Shown here one piece after another: positions 39,503-48,791 of a DNA stretch of 64,000 bases (position 1 is its first letter; every line of letters begins with the position of its first letter). The notes under the pieces were generated by a model, which had not been told where the DNA came from, made no database searches, and saw only the letters and a program-made list of their open reading frames with translations. Source of the stretch: Aliikangiella sp. (lineage in GTDB: Bacteria > Pseudomonadota > Gammaproteobacteria > Enterobacterales > Kangiellaceae); contig CBDCCU010000014.1 in the NCBI GenBank assembly GCA_965214955.1, positions 16,631 through 80,630 of the forward strand, given 5' to 3'. Both the position numbers and the translations under genes were made by a program.

Positions 39503-40135
39503 ATGTCTTCAAAAAAAACATCTCACTCACCAGGTATTTTTAGTCGGCTTTTTGGTAGAAAAAAAACAGAGTCATCAAATGCCGATCTTGAACATCATTC
39601 TCGAACTGCTTTTAAAGGTTCAACCGAGCAATCATTAAAGGTTACCGCAGGCAAAAATCATATTGCTTATGACTCTCAGCTTATTGATATATTAATGAAT
39701 GATCATAAAGAGATCATCAAATCATTTTTAAGCGTCGAAACATTAATGACAGAAAATAAGTTTGAATTGGCAACTCAAGAACTAGAAAACTTCTTACGAT
39801 TACTCAGAGATCATGTATTTGAAGAAAACTTTAAACTGTATGGTTATTTGCGATCACACGATCCCGATGATGATTGTGGCGTTATTGGAATGCAAGCAGA
39901 GATGCGCTCAATTCAATTAACGGTAAAAAAGTATATTGAACATCATTTAACTAATGGATTACATAGTGAAACGGCTCAAGGGTTTTTACATGGCTGGGTG
40001 GGTCGATCTGGTGATGATAATGATGCCATTAAATCAAGAAACGAATCAATAAAAAGTGCCTTGCTAGAGCGGGTGAGAACAGAAGAAAAGAGGCTTTATC
40101 CTGTTTATCATAGCTTAGCAAATATTGATCTTTAA
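39503..40135 (+). CDS. Hemerythrin-like domain protein
   Basis: LMNDHKEI..LRDHVFEENFKLY..RVRTEEKRLYP; ATG at 39503 follows AAGGAG. Confidence 0.55.
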   Translation: MSSKKTSHSPGIFSRLFGRKKTESSNADLEHHSRTAFKGSTEQSLKVTAGKNHIAYDSQLIDILMNDHKEIIKSFLSVETLMTENKFELATQELENFLRLLRDHVFEENFKLYGYLRSHDPDDDCGVIGMQAEMRSIQLTVKKYIEHHLTNGLHSETAQGFLHGWVGRSGDDNDAIKSRNESIKSALLERVRTEEKRLYPVYHSLANIDL

Positions 40136-40178
40136 CAAGCACTTTAAATGAGAACGGGGATAAAAAGGTAAAATAAAT

Positions 40179-41477
40179 TTATCCTGGCAACATAATCACA
40201 ACCGAAAGCCCGCCATGTTTTCGGTTGCTGATTAACAACTTTCCGCCGTGCGCTTCGATAATTTCTTTACATAAAGGCAAGCCTAAGCCCGTTCCTTTAC
40301 TTTTTGTTGAATAAAAAGGCAGTAGAGCGTTGGCTAAGTTTTCATTATTCATGCCTTTGCCTCTATCAAGTATATTAATTTCAGTTGTGCTATTTGATTG
40401 TTTAAGATTAACTTTGATCTCATCTTTTTTAGAGCCAGACTCATCAGCGTTTTTAATTAAATTAATTAGTACCTGCTGAAACTGTGACGGATCGGCTGAA
40501 AAATGAGCCGTGTTATTTAAAGTGAGTGTAAAGTGATATAACTTTTGCAAGCTACTAAAAAAATCATGGGTATCAATTGGTTTAATTTGAGGTTTAGGCA
40601 AGCGGGCAAATTTAGCATAGCCTTCAATAAAGTTTTGTAAATACTTGGCTCTCTCTTCTATGGTTTGAAATATATTGTCTAGCTTTTTGGTATCACCTTT
40701 TAAGCTCAATAACTGTCCAGAGTGAGCCAATGAAGAAATAGGCGCTAAGGAGTTGTTAAGCTCGTGACTAATTAGGCGGATCACTTTTTTCCAAGTGTTC
40801 ACTTCTTGCCGACTAATTTCTTTGGTTAGCAGTTTAAATAAATATAAATAATGATTTTTATTATTCAGTAAAAAGTGGTTTTGAGTAATGTGGTAAGTTT
40901 CTACATTGTCTTTTTCTTTTACCGTGAATAACCCACTTAATCCAGAATTTATTGCTCGCGAAAAAGGATCGGGCATGTGGATTAATAGTTGCTCAACATT
41001 ATGACCGTTGATCATTTTTCCAGCATTAAACAGTTTTCTTGCTTCACTATTGCTGTAAATAATATGTTTTTTTTCATCAACTAATAACAAAGAAAGCGGT
41101 GTTGATTGAATAACCGTGTCGAGCAATAGCTCTCTTTGATAAATGTAAAGCCTTTCGCTTCTTAGCGAGTCACTCACGCGATTATAAGTATTAACCAGCT
41201 CGCCAAGTTCATCGCTGCGAGTTTTTGCGAGTGAAACGCTAAAGTCATTATCAATAAAGTTGTGAAAGCCATCATTGAGCGCGATGAGTATTTTATTGAT
41301 AGGCTGTATATATAAGCGAATAGCGACAATACCAAGGGGGATAACAAAAGTTAAAGAAAGTAGGCTAGCTAAATAAACATGGTTTAACCAATAATTGAAT
41401 GCCGCAACACTGCCTGTGATTATGAGTATTAAAACAATCACAAAAATAGTGAGCTGAGCTTCAATTGATAATTTCAT
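40179..41477 (-). CDS. Sensor histidine kinase (HAMP-PAS-HisKA-HATPase, NtrB-like)
   Basis: ISHELNNSL H-box, NLIKNA, DRGKG, STKSKGTGLGL. Confidence 0.93.
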   Translation of the reverse strand: MKLSIEAQLTIFVIVLILIITGSVAAFNYWLNHVYLASLLSLTFVIPLGIVAIRLYIQPINKILIALNDGFHNFIDNDFSVSLAKTRSDELGELVNTYNRVSDSLRSERLYIYQRELLLDTVIQSTPLSLLLVDEKKHIIYSNSEARKLFNAGKMINGHNVEQLLIHMPDPFSRAINSGLSGLFTVKEKDNVETYHITQNHFLLNNKNHYLYLFKLLTKEISRQEVNTWKKVIRLISHELNNSLAPISSLAHSGQLLSLKGDTKKLDNIFQTIEERAKYLQNFIEGYAKFARLPKPQIKPIDTHDFFSSLQKLYHFTLTLNNTAHFSADPSQFQQVLINLIKNADESGSKKDEIKVNLKQSNSTTEINILDRGKGMNNENLANALLPFYSTKSKGTGLGLPLCKEIIEAHGGKLLISNRKHGGLSVVIMLPG

Positions 41478-41519
41478 CGACTTTATTATTTATTTTTAGG
41501 TTGCATGTTAACTAAAAGG

Positions 41520-42854
41520 TTATCTTGGAATGGCATATTTGTCCATGCGGCGATAAAGTGACTGCCGACTTAATCCAAGCTGATTAGCCGTTTGCGATAT
41601 ATTATGTTTGTTCGCTTCTAGTGCAGCTAAAATATCGTTTTTAGCTGGTTCTTTAGAGCGTTTAGTTTGTTTTAATGGGCTATATTCTATACCTAAATTT
41701 TCAGGTGATATTTGTCCATTTTGCGATAAGAGCGAAGCGCGTTTAATGACATTTTCTAACTCTCTAACATTGCCAGGCCACTGATAATTAAGCAGAGCTT
41801 CTTCGGCGCTGGAAGTTAATTGAAGTTCACTGGGCATAAAATGTAATGCTAAGGGAATAATATCTTCTGCTCTTTGCGCTAATGGTGCAACATTCACCTC
41901 AATAACATTAAGCCTGTAATATAGATCTTCTCTAAACTCGCCAGATTGAATGGCTTTTTTTAGATCAGAATTGGTTGCACTAATGATCCTAACGGTTACT
42001 TTGATGGTTTCTGAGCTACCCAGTCTTTCAAATTCACCCGTTTGTAAAACCCGTAGTAATTTTATTTGACCCGATAAAGGTAGGTTGCCAATTTCATCTA
42101 AAAATAATGTGCCACCATTGGCAGCTTCAAATCGACCCACTCTTTTTTTAGTTGCCCCTGTATAAGCGCCTGCTTCTGCGCCAAATAATTCTGCTTCAAT
42201 CAAATCAGCAGGTAGTGCGCCAGCATTTATGCGGACAAAAGGTTTATCTTTAACGCTAGAGTTTGCTTGAATAATTTCGGCTATTTTTTCTTTACCGCTA
42301 CCATTAGGGCCTGTAATTAAAACAGGCACATCGGCATGAGCAATTTGTGTTGCCATGGTGATGGTTTGTGTCATTGCGCTGCTGGAAAACACCGTACCGC
42401 AAAGATCAAATTGCTCATTTAATAAATTATTTTGATGATTGCTTTTTTGTATTAACTCGTTGGTTTGGTTGCGTAGCTCGGCTAGTTCAATTAAGTTTTT
42501 TACATTGGTTACTAATTTAACATCATCCCACGGTTTGGTTAAATAGTCGGCAGCACCTTCTTTAACCAATTTTACTGCCATTTCAATATTGCCCCAAGCG
42601 GTAAGCAGTATGATGGGTAAGTCGGGATATTGAGTATGTATTTGTTTAAATAATGTTTGTCCTTCATTGCCAGATGTGGTGTCTTCGGTAAAGTTCATAT
42701 CTTGGATCACCAAATCGACCGAATGATTTTGCAATAACAACAGTCCTTGCTCTGGCGAAGTTGCAGATAAGGTTTTTATATCATAAATAGAAAACAAAAC
42801 ATCGAGCGCAGTAGCAATACTTTGATTGTCATCAATAACGAGTATTTGACTCAT
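41520..42854 (-). CDS. Sigma54-dependent response regulator (REC-AAA+-HTH, NtrC family)
   Basis: GPNGSGKE, ELFG..GAYTGA (GAFTGA variant), FLDEIG, WPGNVREL, Fis-type HTH. Confidence 0.95.
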   Translation of the reverse strand: MSQILVIDDNQSIATALDVLFSIYDIKTLSATSPEQGLLLLQNHSVDLVIQDMNFTEDTTSGNEGQTLFKQIHTQYPDLPIILLTAWGNIEMAVKLVKEGAADYLTKPWDDVKLVTNVKNLIELAELRNQTNELIQKSNHQNNLLNEQFDLCGTVFSSSAMTQTITMATQIAHADVPVLITGPNGSGKEKIAEIIQANSSVKDKPFVRINAGALPADLIEAELFGAEAGAYTGATKKRVGRFEAANGGTLFLDEIGNLPLSGQIKLLRVLQTGEFERLGSSETIKVTVRIISATNSDLKKAIQSGEFREDLYYRLNVIEVNVAPLAQRAEDIIPLALHFMPSELQLTSSAEEALLNYQWPGNVRELENVIKRASLLSQNGQISPENLGIEYSPLKQTKRSKEPAKNDILAALEANKHNISQTANQLGLSRQSLYRRMDKYAIPR

Positions 42855-42939
42855 AATTAATTTCCAAATTTTAAGCCATACTAATGATCATTAATTAGTA
42901 TGACTGAGATTTAATGTACTATTCAAAAACAGATTAGTT

Positions 42940-44145
42940 TTAAATGGTTTGGGTTGCAACCGCAGGTGATACCTTTGAAGCTTTAAGCGCAGGAAACCAT
43001 ACCGCAATTAATCCAGTGAGCAGCATTGCTACCATTCCTATTGGAATATAATACCAAGCAATAGGTGAGAGCTGATATTCATTCACCAAATAAATATTAA
43101 AGCCCAGCGCAAATAAAGTGCCTAAAGCTATGCCTAGCCCGCTGAGTAAAATATTTTCGGTAAGAAAATATCGCTGAATATCTCCAGTGGTTGCGCCAAG
43201 TGCTCTGCGCGTACCAATTTGTTTGGTGCGCTGGCTAATATTAAAACTCACAATGCCAACAATACCCAGTGCAGTGATTAAGATTAATAATGAGATCACA
43301 ACAACCAAAATTTTAGTCATGGCGCTATCACTGCTATAACTTCTCTGCCTATAGTCTGCAATTGAACGTACCGAAAATAAAACACGATTAGGGTTTCGCT
43401 CAATCAGTAAATCTTCAACTTCTCCCATTATTCGGTTGAAAGATTCAGGCTCAACTCTTAACACATAGCGCTTGAATCTTTGTAGCTCTACAACGGGTGT
43501 GACTACCGTCATTTTATGGGTGGCAAATGAAACCCAAGGGCTTACTAAATGATCAATAACACCAATAATTTTAATTTCAAGATCGCCTTCATATAATATT
43601 TTTCCAACCGCGCTTTCATTTTCAAATAATCGTTCGGCTAAGGCTTGGGTAATTAAAGCGACTTTGGGGGAATCTTCGCCATTGGTGTAGTAAACATCAT
43701 CTTCGCTAAAATTACTGCCTTCGACTATGTTGACGCCAAAAGTGTTTACTATGTGTGAGTCGCCGCGATAGAAAGCAACATTTAAATTATCATGAGAGGC
43801 ATTGCCTTGCTCTGTTGCCGAAACTGAACTTGAGCTTCCCCCCATGCCTAATGGAATGGCATTAATCGCCGTTGCATCGACAACACCGGGTAGGTTTCTT
43901 AATAATGACATATCTTCACGAATATTTTGTTCAATATTATAGTTACTACCAAAAGGATTAACGTTTAACGCAATAATTTGCGATTCTTTAACCCCGCTGG
44001 GTGTGCTCATAGCGTCAAGCCGCTCATTGATAATAAATATGGCATTCACCACAACCGCAAGGGTTATTGCAATTTGAAGTACAATCAACAGTGAGCTACT
44101 TTTGTGGCGAAGTAGAGCGCTAAAAATGGGTCTTATTTCTAACAT
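42940..44145 (-). CDS. ABC transporter permease (MacB/FtsX-like)
   Basis: QRTKQIGTRRALGA motif with a periplasmic domain. Confidence 0.9.
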   Translation of the reverse strand: MLEIRPIFSALLRHKSSSLLIVLQIAITLAVVVNAIFIINERLDAMSTPSGVKESQIIALNVNPFGSNYNIEQNIREDMSLLRNLPGVVDATAINAIPLGMGGSSSSVSATEQGNASHDNLNVAFYRGDSHIVNTFGVNIVEGSNFSEDDVYYTNGEDSPKVALITQALAERLFENESAVGKILYEGDLEIKIIGVIDHLVSPWVSFATHKMTVVTPVVELQRFKRYVLRVEPESFNRIMGEVEDLLIERNPNRVLFSVRSIADYRQRSYSSDSAMTKILVVVISLLILITALGIVGIVSFNISQRTKQIGTRRALGATTGDIQRYFLTENILLSGLGIALGTLFALGFNIYLVNEYQLSPIAWYYIPIGMVAMLLTGLIAVWFPALKASKVSPAVATQTI

Positions 44146-44154
44146 GATTTTCTC

Positions 44155-45468
44155 CTATTGTACTTTTAAGTAGATGGATGGATTGGTGCGGCAAATAAGC
44201 CAAGCGGGGTACATGCCAGAAATAATGCTAGAGCCAATAGCGATAAAAACCGAGGCAAAAACCAATGTAGAGTCCATGTGCACAAGGTGTTCATAGTTGC
44301 TATAAAGGGTAGAAACACCTAATAATCCTAACTGAGCAAACAGTAAACCTAATATGCCGCCTGCAAAACCAATAAGCCCAACATCAACAAGATGTTGTAT
44401 AAATATTTGCTTTTTACTCGCACCTAAAGCTCTTCTAACACCAACTTCTGGCGCGCGACGTAAAAACTTAGCCAGTAATAACCCTATTGTATTAATCATA
44501 CAAACGGCTAAAAACATAAAAGCTAAGCCAATCAGCATTGAATTATCGTCACTAACCACTTGGTTGTAATCCATCCATTGCAATACATTTTTTATATCAC
44601 CGCTAGCCTCTGCTTTTTCAAATCGGTCAAATGATTTTTGCTCAGCAATATAATTGGCTAAAAAGTCTCGATATTCATTTTGTTTTTGCCTGTCATCAAG
44701 TTGTACCCAATATTGAAGCCACATTGCTTCAGAGCGAAGCAAACCGTCATAAGAGGTAATGGGCTCGGGGTTCCAACTTGAAGTATTGCCCCAGCTATAT
44801 TTTTTGAGTGTTGGTGTGAGAGAAAAAGGAATAAAAATATTTTCGCCACTATTAAAGGCGCCATTATTGACATCATAAAACCTTGGAGTGAGATCCCACG
44901 TGTCCATTACTCCTACAATGGTATAAAGTTGTTTATCAATGTTAATTGATTTGCCAATACTATCTACACCTTCAAATAATCGATCATTTAAAGTTTTAGT
45001 AATTACCGCGACTTTCTTAGCTTTATCATCAATACTACTTTGCCAGCTACTACCATATAAAAATGGCACGTTAAACATGGTAAAAAAGTCACTGTCGGTG
45101 AGCCGAACTTCTTGTAAAAAAGGGTTAATACCGGCTTTGTCTGGAATGACTGTTCCGCCAGCTAAATAGGAGCGGTTTTTATGCGATGGAATAGATGACT
45201 GATTTAAATTCATGACATCTTGATAAGTCATTTGATAAGGCAAACCATCTTGGGTGCGATTTTGGCTACCTTCATTATAAGTATCTAGTTGTACATGAAA
45301 TAACTGACGGCTTTTACTGGGAATAGGATCTTGCGACATTAAATAGTCAACTGTAAGAACCGTTGTGCTTACAGAAATTCCAAGTCCTATGGCTAAGATC
45401 ATTAGGCTTGTTAAAATGGGTGTGCGTTTTATGCTAAGCAGTGATAGCTTTAAATAATATTGAAACAT
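44155..45468 (-). CDS. ABC transporter permease (MacB/FtsX-like)
   Basis: RRAPEVGVRRALGAS motif. Confidence 0.9.
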   Translation of the reverse strand: MFQYYLKLSLLSIKRTPILTSLMILAIGLGISVSTTVLTVDYLMSQDPIPSKSRQLFHVQLDTYNEGSQNRTQDGLPYQMTYQDVMNLNQSSIPSHKNRSYLAGGTVIPDKAGINPFLQEVRLTDSDFFTMFNVPFLYGSSWQSSIDDKAKKVAVITKTLNDRLFEGVDSIGKSINIDKQLYTIVGVMDTWDLTPRFYDVNNGAFNSGENIFIPFSLTPTLKKYSWGNTSSWNPEPITSYDGLLRSEAMWLQYWVQLDDRQKQNEYRDFLANYIAEQKSFDRFEKAEASGDIKNVLQWMDYNQVVSDDNSMLIGLAFMFLAVCMINTIGLLLAKFLRRAPEVGVRRALGASKKQIFIQHLVDVGLIGFAGGILGLLFAQLGLLGVSTLYSNYEHLVHMDSTLVFASVFIAIGSSIISGMYPAWLICRTNPSIYLKVQ

Positions 45469-45480
45469 GGGTTTCTCCTT

Positions 45481-46182
45481 TTAAGCTTCTGCAACTTCTA
45501 AAATAGGTTCTAAACTCTGCAAATCAGAAACTTGCCCATCAACAATGTGAATATTTCTTTGTGCTCTGCGGGCTAACTCTTGATCATGAGTGACCATAAT
45601 AATGGTAGTGCCTTGCTGATTAATTTCTTCTAATAATGCCATCACTTGCCTTGCCATTAGTGAGTCGAGATTTCCTGTTGGTTCATCGGCGAGCAAAAAG
45701 CGAGGCTCGCCAGCTAGTGCTCTTGCAATGGCTACACGTTGCTGTTGTCCGCCCGATAATTGCGAAGGTAAATGTTTATGCCTTGCCGATAAACCCACAC
45801 GCTCTAAGGCATTTTCTATTCGCTGCTTTCTATCTTTAGCACTAAAGCCGCGATACCTAAGTGGTACGTCAACATTATCAAACAGGTTTAAATCAGGAAT
45901 AAGGTTAAAGCTTTGAAAAATAAAGCCAATTTTTTCATTTCTAAGCTTAGAGCGAGCATTATCATTAAGCGATTGAACATTACTGTCATCGAGCCAATAT
46001 TCTCCACTATCAAAAGTTTCTAGCATGCCAGTAATATTTAAAAAAGTAGTTTTGCCTGAGCCAGAAGGACCTGTAACGGCAACAAATTCACCTTCATCTA
46101 CTTGTAAGCTAAAGTCCCTTAAAGCATGAGTTTCAACTAAATCGGTGCGGAAAACTTTTTTAATATTGTTCATTTTTAACAT
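45481..46182 (-). CDS. ABC transporter ATP-binding protein (MacB/LolD-like)
   Basis: GPSGSGKTT, LSGGQQQRVAIARAL, LADEPTGNLD. Confidence 0.95.
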   Translation of the reverse strand: MLKMNNIKKVFRTDLVETHALRDFSLQVDEGEFVAVTGPSGSGKTTFLNITGMLETFDSGEYWLDDSNVQSLNDNARSKLRNEKIGFIFQSFNLIPDLNLFDNVDVPLRYRGFSAKDRKQRIENALERVGLSARHKHLPSQLSGGQQQRVAIARALAGEPRFLLADEPTGNLDSLMARQVMALLEEINQQGTTIIMVTHDQELARRAQRNIHIVDGQVSDLQSLEPILEVAEA

Positions 46183-46203
46183 GGCTTTTTCCTTTATGGT
46201 TAT

Positions 46204-46266
46204 GTTCTAAGTTCTAAGTTCTAAGTTCTAAGTGCTAAGTGCTAAGTGCTAAGTGCTAAGTTCTTA
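46204..46266. repeat. Heptamer tandem repeat (GTTCTAA)4(GTGCTAA)4 plus one degenerate unit
   Basis: Read directly; lies between the adaptor stop codon and the ATPase RBS. Confidence 0.95.
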
Positions 46267-47535
46267 GTTTTTAATTAATAGGGTTTCGGCTTTATCAACA
46301 AAATCAGTGTTTGAAATAATAATTTCTTCGCCTTCGCTTAATCCTGAAACTACTTCAATTTGGTTTACGCTATTAGTACCCAGTTTTATATCGGTTAAAT
46401 GGGCGACATTGTCATTAATAACAAATGCTTTTCTGCCGCCATGGTGCTGAACAAAAGAGCCGCGTGGTACAAATAAAATATTTTCTTTTTGCTCAATAAT
46501 CACTCGCCCAGAAATACGCTGGTTTTGCTTAATGCCCGGAGGAGGCTCTGCACTAAAAGCTAATCGACCTTTAACCACATTATTGGTTACCTCGGGAGAG
46601 ATACTAATAATATTAGCTTGATACTGTTGTTGGTTGTAGGTGATATTGGCTAACATACCAATACCTAGCTCATCAGCGTAAGACTCTGGAATGTCTATTT
46701 CTACTTGAAATGCCGACAAATCGACAACGGCGAGCAATGCCTGATTGAGTGCAACGGCGGCTTTTTGATCCACATACCAAGCGCCAACTATTCCAGTCAC
46801 TGGGGCAAGTATTTTTAGCTCACTAACTAAACGGGCGGTATTATCAACCTGTAACTTAAATTGGTTTTGTTCAAACTCTAAAGTTTTCAGCTCAAAGGCA
46901 AGGTTCTCTTTTTCTAGCTCAAATTGCTCAACCGAAAATTGATATTTAAGCTCGGCTCTTTTAAGATCATCAATGGCTTTTTCATAATCGAGCTGACTAA
47001 TGGCTTGAAGTTTTATCGACTCTTCTGCACGCCTCATTTCTCTTTTGGCGGCATCTAAAACTACTTTTTCTAATTGAATTTGTTGACGGCTTTTTATTTG
47101 TGCCTGCTTTGATTCAATTTTTTTTCGCTCTAAAGCAATTGCCAAACTGGCTAACTGAGACTCTTCTTGTTGAAGCTGGTTGGTTAGTTCAGGGCTATTA
47201 ATTTCTGCAATTAACTCACCCTTTTTAACTTGTTTACCTGGGTTGGCAATTAGGGTTACGGTGCCTATGGCTGGTGCATAAAGCTTAGGACTATTTGCCG
47301 CAACTATATTGCCTTGAACGGCAATATCTTTAATAAAGGTGCCTCTCTCAACTTTCGCAAGTCGCAGCCGTGAAGCATTGACTGCAATATCAGTATCTGA
47401 CCATTGCGCAAATGAGGGATAAGCAATTGCAACTAATCCAATAATGGCAATGAGTGGTAATCCAATTTTTAACCACAGCCCTTTAGCGCTTTTACTGTTT
47501 AATATTACATCTTGTGAAGAAGTGTCTTTTATCAT
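46264..47535 (-). CDS. Efflux periplasmic adaptor subunit (MacA/HlyD family)
   Basis: TM anchor, lipoyl halves (APAIGTV..GKQVKKGELIA; ILAPVTGIV), coiled-coil hairpin, GLSEGEEIII. Confidence 0.9.
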   Translation of the reverse strand: MIKDTSSQDVILNSKSAKGLWLKIGLPLIAIIGLVAIAYPSFAQWSDTDIAVNASRLRLAKVERGTFIKDIAVQGNIVAANSPKLYAPAIGTVTLIANPGKQVKKGELIAEINSPELTNQLQQEESQLASLAIALERKKIESKQAQIKSRQQIQLEKVVLDAAKREMRRAEESIKLQAISQLDYEKAIDDLKRAELKYQFSVEQFELEKENLAFELKTLEFEQNQFKLQVDNTARLVSELKILAPVTGIVGAWYVDQKAAVALNQALLAVVDLSAFQVEIDIPESYADELGIGMLANITYNQQQYQANIISISPEVTNNVVKGRLAFSAEPPPGIKQNQRISGRVIIEQKENILFVPRGSFVQHHGGRKAFVINDNVAHLTDIKLGTNSVNQIEVVSGLSEGEEIIISNTDFVDKAETLLIKN

Positions 47536-47590
47536 TAAAAATGCCGTCCAGTATTTAATCGTTATTACTTTATTACCCTATTACTTTAAG

Positions 47591-47607
47591 AGCATCTACT
47601 ATGCCAA
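47591..47607 (-). promoter_or_regulatory. Sigma54 -24/-12 promoter for the efflux operon
   Basis: Minus strand TTGGCATAGTAGATGCT = GG-N10-GC, about 55 bp upstream of the adaptor ATG. Confidence 0.65.
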
Positions 47608-47689
47608 CTTACAGAAAAAGGTCTAACCTATTGAAGTTAAAGTAATTAGTTGCAAGGCAAAGCTCTTCTTTAAGCTTGGTAGAGCTCTA

Positions 47690-47728
47690 TGGACAATGTC
47701 CGATTTATTTGTGGACACATGCGGACAG
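47690..47728. promoter_or_regulatory. Candidate enhancer (UAS) for the sigma54 activator
   Basis: GGACA-A-TGTCC palindrome at 47691-47701 and GGACA repeats at 47713 and 47723. Confidence 0.5.
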
Positions 47729-47813
47729 TGAAATTTTAAAATTTAATTCAAACTATTTAGCAAGCGCTAACGACTTAGTTTTCAAACTAATTAATGATGG
47801 ATAAAGGTGTGAA

Positions 47814-48467
47814 ATGAAAAAGTTAATTGCAGCAAAGAATACTAAAATGAAAGCCGCCACTAGTTTAAGTTTAATTATGCTACTGAGCGCTTGTCAGTTA
47901 ACTGCGACTGAGAGTTTGGTTAGTGAGAATGATGGCATTGTTAGTGAACTTTCAATTTCATCAAATGCTAGTACAGTTACTATGACCGATAATGAGCAAT
48001 CAACTTATATCAGCGTATCAGGAAAAAATGAAAATAAGGTTTATCGTGTTAATGGAAAAGCATTTACTTGGAATGATTTAACCGATGAACAAAAAGCAAG
48101 ATTAGGAAAGTTAGAAGAAAAAATTGCCAAGGCTGAAAAAACTATTCAAATTGATGAAGAAAAGTTAGAAAAAATTGAAGCTTTATTAGAGGTAAAAGAA
48201 GAGGCGCTAGAAGAGCAAGCGGCAAAACTTGAAGAAGCCGCTGAAAGAATCGCAAGTGTCACTTTAGAATCTAAACCCATGAAAGAAGCGATGAAAGAGC
48301 TTGAAGAAAAGGCTTTAGTGTTAGAAAAACAAGCTATGGCATTTGAAAAAGAAGCGCAACTGCTTGAGAAAGAGTATTCACTTGTAGAACTAGAAGAGAT
48401 AGAAAAAGTTGAGGCAGTAGCTCGCGAGCTAGAAAAGTTATTGATTGAAATTGCTGCAACAAAATAA
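47814..48467 (+). CDS. Hypothetical lipoprotein with long Glu/Lys-rich coiled coil
   Basis: Lipobox LLSAC; heptad-rich C-terminal half. The start may be the downstream ATG. Confidence 0.7.
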   Translation: MKKLIAAKNTKMKAATSLSLIMLLSACQLTATESLVSENDGIVSELSISSNASTVTMTDNEQSTYISVSGKNENKVYRVNGKAFTWNDLTDEQKARLGKLEEKIAKAEKTIQIDEEKLEKIEALLEVKEEALEEQAAKLEEAAERIASVTLESKPMKEAMKELEEKALVLEKQAMAFEKEAQLLEKEYSLVELEEIEKVEAVARELEKLLIEIAATK

Positions 48468-48477
48468 AAGATATTTT

Positions 48478-48520
48478 ATACCCGCTCTCCTTAAAGCAAA
48501 TCTTGAAGGAGAGCGGGTAT
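48478..48520. repeat. Internally deleted MITE derivative (fused TIRs) forming a hairpin
   Basis: ATACCCGCTCTCCTT...AAGGAGAGCGGGTAT matches the ends of 38846-39109. Confidence 0.8.
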
Positions 48521-48791
48521 CAATAAAAATTCCTACCATTTTACTTGTTATCTTTAAATTCATCCCCATCAAAGCTCAACCAAATAAACAAATTAATCGA
48601 ACAATCAGTATTCTTGCGCTTTTGCTGTAGTGTTGCGGCTTGTAACAAGGTACAATTTCGCGGTTTATTTGCTCTGTTAAATGCAGATAAAAACGAATTT
48701 TAAGTTTGGTTGGAAATCAGCTTGATTATTTAACCAAACCAACCCTAATGATTTAGATTTAAAACGATATAAAAATCAGGAAGTTAGCTCC

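Noticed and set aside
40148-40162. Third MITE end (GAGAACGGGGA)
   Set aside because: Too short, mismatched, and has no partner end.
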